Assembly (NCBI GenBank): GCA_030704615.1
Contig: CM060734.1
Span: 48,484,001 to 48,548,000 of the forward strand
Reading direction: 5' to 3'
Source of the DNA: Takakia lepidozioides
Taxonomy: Eukaryota > Plantae > Bryophyta
Length of the DNA stretch: 64,000 nucleotides
The notes under the pieces were generated by a model. It did no database searches and was not told the origin of the DNA. It saw only the letters and a list, made by a program, of their open reading frames with translations. Positions 39,421 through 51,290 of the stretch are shown one piece after another. Positions within the stretch are counted from its first letter, which is position 1. Each line of letters starts with the position of its first letter. Position numbers and translations under genes: made by a program.

Positions 39421-42400
39421 GATACTTCATGCCAAACTGAATCTGGGGCCAGTGATTGATAACTGCTAACGTTGTGAGCATTGATGATTTTTGCTGGCAG
39501 ATCTTGTATTATGGATCAACAACATCAAGTTCATCTGTGGAAGGTTACCCCACCACCGGGTGTTCACCTCGACCTGTGAGCCAATGTCCCTCATCCGTGT
39601 CTTTGTCAACTTGTCCTTACAGTCATTTCGATGTGATTCCTCAGTATGTATACAGTTTTAAAGCATGCAAGTGTGCACAATGGTGTTCTGGATATAGACC
39701 AACACCACTACCTAGGACCAGTTTTGGATTCCACGACATGATATGACATGCGTGGCTTGTCAGTACTCTCTGCACATGTATGTGCTTGCTAGAAACGTGC
39801 AAAATTGCAAAGGTGATTATGGATTATACATGAGTCTGTCCCTCTCTTCCCCTCGCTTTTGGAGGGTGATGTTGAGATTCAAGTACGTTGGACAATCAAA
39901 AGGTCACAGGGAAGATTCCAATTGCTTCTCACTTTGACCAGATCACCGGGGACAAGCATGCGAAAGTCTAGTTTCATCCATGTCCCATTGCGTTTCACAT
40001 CCACGTCACTTGCATACTCAGTAAGCTACAGACACATACAAGGTTGACGTCCATGATTAGCCTGTTAATCAAATGATACACAAAACTTTGATGGCATTAA
40101 CAGGGAATCCACTTGACAGAATTTTCTTCCATCCTAGACCCATTGTTGAGTGATTACCAATCACCTAGTAATTGATTTTGCAGGATTCACACGTTAGCAC
40201 ACCTTGGCAATGGCAAACTGGGACCGGCGGCGATTGAAGATGGTGATGGCAGCCGAGAGTAGCACAATCGAGAAGAGAAGGGCCCCCACAAATACGTAGC
40301 TGAACCATAGCCAGATTGCATAAATAATGAACTGGTACACTTTAAATAGGGCGAACATCTCCTCTGCAATGGATACCAACATGGGCTCGGGCTTGAACGG
40401 GATCTCATTACTCTCATGTCTACCTTCAGCAACCGTTGTAGAGAGTCCCAGTGATACCTGAATTCAACACATAACAAGACAAGTGTTGGATCTTGGTGAC
40501 AAGTTACAGCACTTTCAGGTCATTACAGATGTGGCCTGCTGCCAAGTTACACTGCGTTCACTATTTCTTTGCTTTGGTGAACAAACGTTTGACCAAGAGG
40601 AAGGACTTTCTCTTCATGACCATGAGAACATTTGCCTCAGGCAGTTTGAGAGCTGTTTCTTTGGGGAAGTGCTATAAGTTTGCAAGATGAATGAACCCCT
40701 ACAGCAAAACTGTCTAGGGTACTGAAAGACGGCATACCTGATGGAAGTCAGCGAAACAGTCCCCTACTTGAAACTTTGCTTGATGCACAGAGGCCCCCTC
40801 TATGAGATAACGCTGCCCTTGAAACAGAAAATAGAGCTCACCGGACTTGGTTCTACGAATTGGTATGGTCTCAGAGTGACCCCGTTGCGCAGGGCGAATC
40901 AGTTTATCCTGGAAAAAGAAATAAAGATTGAATCTATGGAGGTCCTGTACCTTAAGACATGAAAAGAACATTGATTCACTAGTTGTCTCATATCTTTCTG
41001 TTTTGATTGTTTGGAAACATTTTATCTGTGAGGGACAGGTTTTGGTGCAAGTTCTCAACACGGAACTGCAAACCCAGGGAATAAATTTAGTGTCAAAAGA
41101 GTCCAATCCTAAAGCTCCAGCAACCAGAAACCATCATCTGACCAACCAAAGCCTCAGCATTGTGCTTGCACTGGAAGGGAGGGGTTGGAAAAGGTTGGGT
41201 GGGGGAGAGGAAGGCGCTTCATCTCCTTGTCAAGTTTCTGTATATTCATGTCTGTCTCTTCCTCTATCCCCTTTTCAACCTCTCAAGCAAATCCACACCC
41301 CTGAGCTTGAGTTTGCTAAGTAACATCAGGAGCTGAATACAGCTCTAAAAAAGCAACCGGGGAGAGGAGCTAGATATGCGCACCTTCACTTTGCGGACAA
41401 AGTGTACGAGGGCAGTCACATTGACAGACAAAATCTCCTGCTGATCCCAGGCCCACACATGCACCACATCTGCACGTGATAGAGGGCATGGCAAGCGAAA
41501 CCAGTTGTGTACTACTCGTTTGTTCAATACCCACGTTGTGAACCAAACAAGTGAGAAACACCAGAGACTAACAAACACCTGGACATCCAACAACAGAAGG
41601 TGAGCCTCCTGAAATAATAATGAAAAAAAAACAATACTGGTAAGATAAATTTGCAGGATAGTCATACAAATTGCAATGAGGTTTTGGATTTAATTTGTGT
41701 GCTTTCATATGAAGTGTCAAGTCATGGATCAAAGCATAAAGAGGCTCGGAGTTTGCTCTTTCTGATAATCCTTCCAACTCTAGTTCTCTCTTACCTGCCC
41801 AGAAAGGGGATGAAAGGGTATGGAGAAAGAACTGACCGTGCCATTCCGTCTATAAGTCCCAAAGATGAAATAGGTCCCATATAAGCACAAGCTGTCAATG
41901 CCTTTCACTTGGCATCTATCATACGTGTCTACCAGCACCACCAAGTAAAGGCAAAACCATTGGATGGACATAAGGATACACAACCCGAAGCAAGTCTCTC
42001 CAAATTTATAGCCTGTAAACTGCAGAAGCTGACAACCTTGTTCTTCCACATCAATGACCATCTGTGTCGCACCTTTGTCCCCTTTAGATAACTTGCCCTG
42101 TGAATCAGACTTGCCCATGTTCTCCTGATTTCCAGTCTTCACTCCCATTATGAGGGGTTTCACAGGCCATTTCTTAACATGCCATGCCTTGACGATACTG
42201 AAGCTAGTGCAGGCTAGTGCAGGCAATGAACACTAAGCCCCAGAAAGCAAACACTGTGATCGGGCCTCGATGCAGCATATCAGGAACTCGGACCTGGCAT
42301 GTGGGGTCATCAGAGCTTCCACAAATGGGAGGCCCTGTTGGGTATCCCATTTTGCCAGCCAGATGCTCTCGAAAGTTCAAAAAGACCTTTGGACTTTCAG

Positions 42401-44562
42401 AGTCAGCCTCTGAAATGAGAACCTGTGACAACACGACAATTGTGTGCTTTAATAAGATTTGAAGTATATATATGCTGCAGACTCTTACCACAAAAGTGGC
42501 AGTAATTGTATAACAGTTGCTGACGGAAAATCAAAGGGCCACAAAAGCCACAATCTGTTGGGGACTGATTCTGAGCTGTGCACACAAACAATTATGCACT
42601 TTCAATCCACAAACCTCTGACTTGTCTTGACACCACAAACAGTCCAGTATTTACAATAAGGCTTAATTTCTTAGAGGGAGAGGTCTAGGTTGAGCATGAA
42701 GGGTAGAGTTAACAGGCGACCTAGGGCATCAAATCCAGGTCAAGTGCAGGCTGGTCAAGCACATTGCAGCAAAAGCTTCCATAAAGGCTACACCTCTTTG
42801 GGGACGCTGATGTGCATGTCTTAAATTGGGAAATTGAAGATCTCTGCATACTTGGAAATTCGTATCGCAAAGGCATATCCATGCAACTGGCTATATCATG
42901 TGCAATGAATGCTCGCATGAGTCTTGAGTGAGTAGAGTTTCCAGCCAAAGAATGGCCCAAGGGCTAGCAATCCGATGGCACTCCAGCAACCTCCTACAGA
43001 AGGTGGGTGGAGTTCCATGACGTGCTCTTTGCCAAAATAGTCTTCTAGATTGTTATGTTGGGCACAGCTTTGCAACATAGGACATCATGATTGTTTGCCT
43101 GTCCCATTGTCTACTAATTGGACCAAGGGTGATCAGTGGAAGGACCAAACCTGTTCCCAATTGGCAAGGAAGGTGTGGAAATTGCTAGCGTATGGGTTGC
43201 ACAATGACCCTATCACAGGCAATCTGCCTGCAAAGCTGATTGTCTTCAAAATACTTCTAAGGGCATGAAGGAGATGGTAATATTGGACTGAATTAAACAC
43301 CACGTTCAGTGTCAATTAGCTCATCTTTAACTCTGATCTTGCTGCTTGAGATCCAAATATATCACTCTCAGGGGGGAAACCAGATTTATGTTAAAGGACA
43401 GAATTTTGCAGGCTTGTGCTCACATACTTCAAAACGAAATAGAAAGGTCAGTTCCAGTCTACTTTAATCCGTCAACTTCAGAGATCTAGTGGCTTCCATT
43501 GTATTCTAAATCATGAAACTTACAGAAATGGCAGCACAAAAGATGCATCCAATATGCAATTAGGCTCCCTGCTTAGTATGGCTGAACTGAATCAGGAGCT
43601 GACTCCATATTCCAATCTGACTCTGACTTGCGGCAAGGATTTTCTGGTGAGCTGTGTTACCTGCAACTTCCCAGCTCCAGAAGCTGTTCACTTGTGGGGC
43701 CATCACTCCCTCATTAATATGAGTTTGTCTACGCGGGTGCGCATTTCATGAAATCATCCTGAATTTTCTTCCTCCCAATCACTTCGCCTCCCGTAAGTAG
43801 AAAAATTCAAGACTGATTGATCGTATCTCAAGATTCCCAACGAGCTGGTGTGAAGTGACCAGGCAAACGAACTGGAAACTTAGAGTTAACGTTTTTTAAG
43901 TTCTAAGTTTTTCTGTGAGGGGGCAATAGGGGGAAGACAGAGAGAGATGTAATAACAGTTCACAATGTCCTACGGAAATCGCCGTAACAGCCCTCACCAA
44001 GGTGACACCAGCGGTCTCTGTGGATGTTATACTCAATTCAGAAATAGGAAATACCAAGAGGCAAAGGGAGAGAACTCCAACAAGTGCGACACGGGGGTGA
44101 AAAACCACGAGATTGAATATTTACAAAGGAGAAGGAAGGAAGAGGGCCTGTGGGGAAGAGTGGAGGTGATTAGACACTCCCCCGACGGTGACGACGATGT
44201 CTCGGTCAGCAGAGCTGTCTGACAGAGACATCCATCCTCGACCGAAGAATGGGGCTTCCCGAACGGCGGATGAAGGAACCCATAAAATGGATGGAAACGT
44301 GTCTCTGGCGTATAGGGCATGTAGAAAAGTGGATGGAAAATTCTCATCCGTCAACGGAGAAGAAATCGGGTCTTCGGCCGTGAATTTCGGGGCTGACCGA
44401 CCTGTGGAGGTTGGCGCCACGTATGAATGAAAGTACGTTTGTGTGGATGAAAGCTACGTACTTATCTTGTTGCTATAGAAGTGCTGCATGAAGTTGGCCC
44501 CGGGGACTTCTAAATTATCCCTTGAAAGCATATCAGTGAGACTGATTGTTTGTTGGCTCTCT

Positions 44563-45079
44563 TGTAATGCCCCATATTTGCTTAGCCTAGAAATGACCCG
44601 TTTCATCCAAAACGGCGATACACATCCATAGTATAATTTTTTTGCGTATAATGCCGTTAAACCGTTACAATTATATCTAGGTTAGGGTTAGTTTTGGCTG
44701 GTGGCCACATCCTGGCCCTTCATCAGATCTAGGGTGACAAGGCGGCGCCGTGGGTTTTGGCTTGTTACGCCTCGCCACACGGCAGACAACTAGAGCTAGG
44801 GCTTTTGTATAAAGACGGCGCCCTGACACAAGGTCAGGGCGGTGTATTCGGGTGTTAGTGTATATGTGATTTTGGTGTACAAGCTTTGGATGAGAGCTCC
44901 TGTGTGTCAAATCCTCCTCTCGCGCATTGTCTGCTCTGCGCGCTAATCTTTTGATTGTTGCTCTCCAATCAGTCTTGTCTGATGGCGACCAACCACCTTG
45001 CGATATTTTCTCCTGTTGTTTCGTATTTGCTTTCTCACCCTGCTCATTGTGTTGTGTCACAGGACGATGGTCTCAGTGC
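44563..45079 (+). mobile_element. Possible LTR (TGTAATG...TCACA) followed by a degenerate tRNA-Met primer-binding site
   Basis: TG...CA ends at 44563 and 45061, an internal TATA-like TGTATAAAG, and TGGTCTCAGTGC at 45068 (2 mismatches to TGGTATCAGAGC). No partner LTR is in the window and the PBS spacing is atypical. Confidence 0.3.
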
Positions 45080-46039
45080 GTAGTACTAGCTGTGTAGCAC
45101 GCAGAGAGGGAAAAAGCCTGTCGGTGCAAGTTGATTTGGTTTTTGAGATTGTGACTGACTTTGCCTTGACAATAGCGAATGATCTTGCTGCCACTAACCC
45201 CTCTCAACGTGCACTGCTTGGCATTGTTGTCTCGCCAGTGTCACCCTTGCCTGAACCCAGCGCTGATGGTCGTGGTCTTGTCGTGCATTTGAATTCATCT
45301 AACCCTAGATATAATGTTAATGTGAATGAGACCGAGGCCTGGTCACCGAGAGATGAGAGGTCGCCCAGCTAAATAATTGCGATCCGGAGTACTATAATTT
45401 TGATAATTTTTATGATCCAAGTCCTGATTACGAGTGTCCGAGAGAATGAGAAAGAGAGTTTGAGAGGGATGTTGAGCGATCTTAGGAGTATGATGAGTTT
45501 CTAAGAGAGTTGCTTCCGGAGGATGTGCAGTGGGTTGAAAAGTTTGAAGCATTTGTTCGAGAGGATGCTCGTCGTCTGAACAGTCGTCTGAACAGTCATC
45601 ACCAACGACGCAACCGCGTGAGCGTGATGCCAGCAAGTTGCCATGGTGTCGAATGTTGACGTGGCGCCATGTCAGCATCCGCCACGTCAACCGAAACATA
45701 CGACACCTATACCCAAGGGTCCTATAACCGTGGGATGAACTTAGGGAATATGAAACCAAAATACCATCAAGAATACCATCAAAATATCCGAAATGAGAAA
45801 TACGCCTAAAACCGTGGCATCCATTCCACAACATTCTGCAATTACAATTGTAAGTTTTATAATAACAATTACAATGAGGACAAAATAACCTCATAAGGCT
45901 CCATCGAGGCTAACCCAACAAGACCCTGCTTCCTCCCAAAATGACGAAGAGAAGAGGGATCACGGTATCAAAAAGAAGCCTGCAGTACATAGCGACACAA
46001 AAGAGACCATAGCAATTGTTTTTTGGGAACAAATACGGA

Positions 46040-46940
46040 AAAAAAAAAAACAAAAAAAAACAGAGCAGAAGTGCTTGTCGGCACCGATCATCACTTCTGC
46101 TCTGTTTTTTATTTTTTTGGGAAAAAAATGGAAAACAAAAACAAAACAAATAAGAAAAGATTGTCGGTGCCGACAATAACTTCTGCTCTGATCTGCTCTT
46201 TTTTTTTTTTTTTTTTTCCCGTATTGTTCAAAAAGAAAAAAAAAGAAAAGAAAAAAAAAGACAGAAGTGATTGTCGGTGTCGACAATCACTTATGATGAT
46301 CAGCACCGACAATCACTTCTGCTCTGGTTTTTTTTTTTTTTAAAGGAAAAATACGGGAAAAAAAAACAAAACAAAAACAAAACAAAACAGAGCAGAAGTG
46401 ATTGTCGGCACCGATCATTACTTCTGTTTTGCTCTGTTTTTTGTTTTGTTTTTTCTCTTCTCTGTATTGTTTTTTTTTTTTTTAAAACAGAGCAGAAGTG
46501 ATTGTCGGTGCCGATCATCATAAGTGATCATCTGTTTTTTTTGTTTTTTGTTTTGTTTTTGAAAAATTACAAAAAAAAAAAAAAAAAAAAAAAACAGAGC
46601 AGAAGGATGATCGGTGCCGACAATCACTTTTGCTCTGCTCTAACAAGTTGAGATACGCTTCTTTGTGCCACAGCTCCGCTCTGGACAACCGCACTGCATT
46701 GCTTCACTGATGCAAATATAGAGCAGAGCCAAAGTGATTGTCGGTGCCGATCATCACTTCTGCTCTGCTCTGTTTTTGTTTTTTTTAATTTTTTTTGTTT
46801 TTGTTTTTGTTGCCTATTGTTTATTAATAATTTAAATAAATAAATAAACAGAAGTGATGATCGGTGTCGATCATCACTTCTGATCTGTTTTGGCATTTGG
46901 GTAGAGGTGATGATCGTCGACAATTATCACTTCTGTTTGA
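46040..46940. repeat. Array of about nine palindromic units (CAGAGCAGAAGTGATnrTCGGyrCCGAynATCACTTCTGCTCTG) separated by poly-T/poly-A tracts
   Basis: Units at about 46061, 46155, 46261 (double), 46388, 46487, 46595, 46718, 46848 and 46902. Confidence 0.9.
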
Positions 46941-47599
46941 TACTTGATACTTGATTTCCAAACATGCAAAAGCTTAGTATGTAGACCATATCTAAATCAG
47001 TCTATTCCATCTAGGAGATTTTTATTTAAGAAAACCTCAATTCTACTCCGGCTAACTTTGATGGTTGGGGATCTGCACTGGGAACTGCTACAACACCTTG
47101 TTATCGACTGATACAAAAGTTTGTTGAAACTAGCATGCTTATCCTCCCTTTCATGGGAGGGATAAAGGTCTCACTTCGGCAATCGCACACTTATCAAATC
47201 GCAGTTTACGACATGAGGGGCGGCGGTGGGATGGATGTTAAAGATGTAGTCTGCAATGACTAGAAAAGGTAAATCATTCCGTGGAAATAGATACCTACCT
47301 CACGCCTCTGGGCTCATGATCTAGCATTTCCCCCTTCCGCCTGTTCTATCCGCGGTTATAGGTCCGTGCCTACGAAAATGACGTGGCGTCAACCACGCTG
47401 GCGAGGACTGCTGATGTGCCATAACACCCGTGAACCAATGTGGCGAGAACTGCTGACGTGGCGTGAGCCTGACTGCGCTCACGTGCTCACACGTTCACGC
47501 TGCCAGGCTCACGCGGAGGCATCATCCCAGTCATCACGAGGTGATTTTTGTACGACCTGGGTCTAGTTCTGATTTTGGGAGAGAGAGCGCGTTGTGCTA

Positions 47600-49455
47600 G
47601 ACTCAAGCCGTCGTGGCTGTCAAGAACTCTTTGCGCTTGCAGAAATATTCAAGGCTCGTCTTCTTCATCATCGGCAGGTGGCCTGGGAAGCGCTCAGGCT
47701 TCACTTACCATTATCCGTCAGCCGTGAGTCGGGTCTGTGGCAGACGACTAAACAGACAGCGGGCTCTTGGCTTTCATTGTTACTCAAAGACTCTGAAGCC
47801 TTGTTGTTGCGAGCTCTTCGATTTCACTTCTGGGTGTGTCGTTACGCTGGGTCTGTTACTGCCAATTTGTCCTGAGTCCAGGCCCTGGTAAAGGAGTGCA
47901 GTCATGGATGATCAGCTACATGCTGCGCTACTTCAGCGATGCCAATCAGGGCGTTCGTCAGCTGGCCTTTCCGAGTCCTTGTGTAAACAAATTTTGTATC
48001 ACGTGTCTACTCACCGTTTTATAGGTGATAAGCTTTTCAAGGAACTCACTAGAGGGGGAGTGCCATGCTACTTGGAGGTACCACCATGGAGCCAGCTGAA
48101 TGCTTTATTGGAGCGTTTCAATTGTTCGTTGTATGCAGGTCACCTTGGTATCAAAAAAACTATGGCCCGCATCCAAGAGGTATACTATTGGTTGGGAATT
48201 CACCGAGACGTCACCGAGTTCATCTCTAAGTGTGAAGGTTGTCGTGATAACATTGCTCTCCCTAGGGCCCGGATCTTGTATGAGCTGCAGCCTTTGCCTG
48301 TTATCCATGCTTTTGCTCGTGTTGGCATTGACTTGGTAGGACCCCTCGCACTCACATCAAAAGGTTGAAGCTACCTTTGTGTTGCTACCGACTACTTGAC
48401 TAAGTGGATAGAAGTCCGGTCTTTGCGTTCTAAGGCTAGTGATGTTGTAGCTCAGTTCTTCTTCAATGAGATCCTTATGCGGCATGGGTGTCCTCGAGAT
48501 ACTAACGGATCAGGGCAAGGAGTTTTGTAATCAGCTCCTCACGATGATTTGCTTCAATTTCGGTGTTAAGCATTCCACTATAGCCCCATACCATCCCCAG
48601 ACCAATAGCCTCACGGAACGCTTCAACCAAACTCTTTGCCGAATGAAGAATGTTGCACTTACCAGGGAGTGGGATACCTTTCTTCCCCCTATTCTCTTTG
48701 CTTATCGCACCGTTGTGCATGCTAGCACCATGAAGACTCATTTTGAGTTGTTGTATGGTCGCAAGTGGGTTCCTCCTTTGCATTCTACCCCTCTTATCTC
48801 TACTGTTGCTGATCCGGTTGATCTTGAGACCTTTGTTGAGGCTCTTCATGCTCGACATGCGGTGTCTATCCATGATGCCAAGACAAACATTGGTAAGGCT
48901 CAGCTAACCTAGGCTCGTAATTTTAACAAGCGTGTCAAGTATTCTAACATATTTCAGATGGGACAGACCGTGTGCGTTCGATTACAGCATGGCAAGCATT
49001 CATGCAAATCTAAGCTCAAGATCGACGGTCCATACTTGATCTATCAGACTTTACGTGGGCAACGTGCTCTCCTTCTTCCACAAGGCTCTAATACTGAAGT
49101 GCGGGATGAACCTGTTTCCTTGACAGACTTGGTGCATTCCGCACTAATTTTTGATCTTACATGTATCAATGTGGAGGGGCGCACAGTGGGGTGATGTCTT
49201 GATCTTCTTAGCCGCTCTACTTCAGCTTGATCCTCTTCTTGTCGTCAGCGGCTTAGTATTAGTTTGTGGATGGTCACTCTTGGGGTCCTAGGTCTTGACC
49301 TCTCTCGGACTTAAAAACATTTTAGTTTCATGGTATATATCACCATCTGTACTCCCTGTACGGTTTTCCTAGCCAAGGGTTTTGTCCTCGGCCCAACTTG
49401 CATGTGCCAGGTTTTTTCTTGGTAGGTTTTTCACCCGGCAGTGGAGGGTGATGTT
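47600..49455 (+). mobile_element. Degenerate Ty3/Gypsy pol remnant (RNase H end and integrase) with polypurine-tract-like sequences
   Basis: LRLQKY..FII.RWPGK...AVSR resembles the RNase H end. Integrase motifs: GHLGIKKTMARIQEVYYW..CEGC (zinc-binding domain), RVGIDLVGPL, TDYLTKWIE, ILTDQGKEF, YHPQTNSLTERFNQTL (DDE). Stops and frameshifts are present, with purine-rich tracts followed by TG at ~49185 and ~49440. Confidence 0.85.
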
Positions 49456-50016
49456 TAATTATCAGCGGACAACATAGGCAGGTACGGTATGAAGCCTTGA
49501 CATAGGAGATTGCAAAAATAGCAAAGTGGGCTTTTCTTGATCAAGACCAGGAGATCTCCCAAACTGTAGAGTCTCTGATACATAGGGATTGCACTTGGAC
49601 TTAGTTGACATTAATGGGCCAACGGCACTGCCCTTCTTTAAGAATAAACATAACAAACAAAAACTAATTTGTCTAAATGCGACGATCTCCCTCCATGGGG
49701 AGCTAGTATGATGTTTTTCGTTTTTGGGTCATTGTTTTCTGCTCAGCGTCCCTCGCGTTAAACAGACCCTACACAAACTCATGTATCCAACACCCAAAAT
49801 GCAATCTCCCCTTTGTTGTGTAGGATTTTTGTAGTGCTATCCCCCCCCCCCCGGTGTGTTGCTCAACTTCGGTACCAAGCCTTATAGCTGTTTATGTTTC
49901 CGCATATTTTATTTATAAAAATTATTGGAATTTTGTCTCCTTTTAACAACAACAACAACAATAATGTGACCTTCTTTCGTGCATGTTTGGCCTCCATTGC
50001 CTATTTTCAGAGGAAC

Positions 50017-50017
<1 letters not shown>

Positions 50018-50060
<43 letters not shown>
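50018..50060 (+). repeat. Poly-A tract (~43 nt)
   Basis: Homopolymer run. Confidence 0.9.
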
Positions 50061-50063
<3 letters not shown>

Positions 50064-50189
50064 ATTGCATAATTATGTTTTGTCAACTTGAAGCGGTGCC
50101 GTGTGAAAAGGTCCTGAAAAGGTTCAAGTTGTGAATCTTTGACCCTCACTTTAAGGTTGGGTAGCGCATGACTATACTAGCACCAAACA

Positions 50190-50352
50190 ACCAACATGTA
50201 GCCCAATGGTAATGGGAACATACCACGTTGGATGTGGTTGTGGGTTCAAACCACAATCTGGTGTGTCATGAAGGTGTCCACCTTTCAGTAGCCCTTATGG
50301 TGAAGAGACACCATAATTTACGCTCCCTTCGGGAGGCGTAAATATATATATA
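50190..50352 (+). mobile_element. tRNA-derived SINE-like sequence or tRNA pseudogene
   Basis: Pol III A box TAGCCCAATGG (50199) and B box GGTTCAAACC (50243). There is an anticodon-like arm ACCAC-GTTGGAT-GTGGT, a 3' hairpin TACGCTCCC-TTC-GGGAGGCGTA and a (TA)n tail. The acceptor stem does not pair. Confidence 0.45.
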
Positions 50353-50574
50353 CTCGCACAATGTACTCACCCAGTCCATGCTCGGGCAATGAGATGAGTG
50401 GCCAGCCAAATGTCAGCAAAATAGTAGGGCTAGCAATTCAGGGGCAGATTTCAGACAGGTGCCAGCACAACCCACTGTCATGGGATTCTATGTTGTAAAC
50501 CTCAGTCATAGGAGTTATATGTTTTCAAAATAGACAAAATAACCTGTAAAAGCCTTGCTTCTTGCTTTTCTTTT

Positions 50575-51290
50575 GTGGTGTATACGTGTATACCAATGTT
50601 GGACCGGTGTATAGATCAAACCCGGGTATCAATACTCCTATCAACCCTGGATAGGTAAGACCATACCCGGCTGGTAGATAGGGTGGCCAATACTGTGGGC
50701 AATATCATATGAGGGGCAATACCTACCTTGCTTCATACTACGGTGTATACCGTACCTGGTTGGGATTGCGATAGACGAGATTGTTGTTAATACTAATAAA
50801 TATTGTTGCGATGTGAGCGTCCAAACGGCACAGTAGGTGTATGTGTGGAGTTAGGACAAGGGAATTCATGGGCAGTTGGGTATTGCCATGTTATGGGCAA
50901 TACATACCTCAACATTTTGAATCATGCGGCAGTCCATTATATGAGCATAGCGTTTTATGGCATCTTTTTGATACTCAATGTGCAATCTGTGTTAGCTCAA
51001 TTCAATTCTGGTTTTGTATGTGTGCATTGTGTGTGATCCAGTATGAAGGTCAATTTTTTTTCAGGTTACTGAATATTCTCTCGAATACATTGAATATTCC
51101 ATATACCTACCTGGGCAATATTTATAATTTTTCCTATATGAGATGGAAAAAAACAAATTTTGATACCAATGTTGGATTGGTATATAGGGCCTGGCCGGGT
51201 ACAAGTAGGGTATCCACCAGGGTTAAGTAACTGGCCCGGCTGGTATTAGCTGTTGTAATACTAGGATTAATAACCGAACCGCCTGGTATG
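50575..51290. mobile_element. Probable DNA-transposon subterminal remnant rich in TATACC/GGTAT short repeats
   Basis: Repeated ATACC/GGTAT motifs in both orientations, and a duplicated ATACCAATGTTGGA (50591, 51163). No TIR or TSD was found. Confidence 0.3.

Larger units (their letters stand above)
25148..44108 (-). pseudogene. P5-type (P5B-like) P-type ATPase of about 20 exons with an N-terminal signal peptide and ectodomain; disrupted
   Basis: Exon motifs: LVPGDL (~39950), ESNLTGEAMPVQK (~39290), IAIAGKIRVFCFDKTGTLT (DKTGT 37540-37554), MVTGDN (~35070), IFARFTPADK (~34470), [35 protein letters not shown] (~33050), PTSSLLG (~27500), WWVLGDNWEST (~26900), and a last exon VVVDGPVAKFLARRYPSTYAKLNL* (25222-25148). 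Lesions: an in-frame TGA (~27510), deletions at ~39215 and ~40410, stops in the 42720-43265 exon, and no recognisable M4 or M5-M6 exons. Confidence 0.85.

Noticed and set aside
45910-46923. Many overlapping Lys/Phe-rich ORFs in the track
   Set aside because: They are artefacts of poly-A/poly-T tracts and stop-poor palindromes.
46040-46940. CRISPR array interpretation of the palindromic repeats
   Set aside because: The spacers are low-complexity A/T tracts of variable length, units occur in both orientations, there are no cas genes, and the context is eukaryotic.
50190-50265. Functional tRNA-Pro gene
   Set aside because: The acceptor stem does not pair and the T-arm register is shifted, so it is kept only as tRNA-derived.
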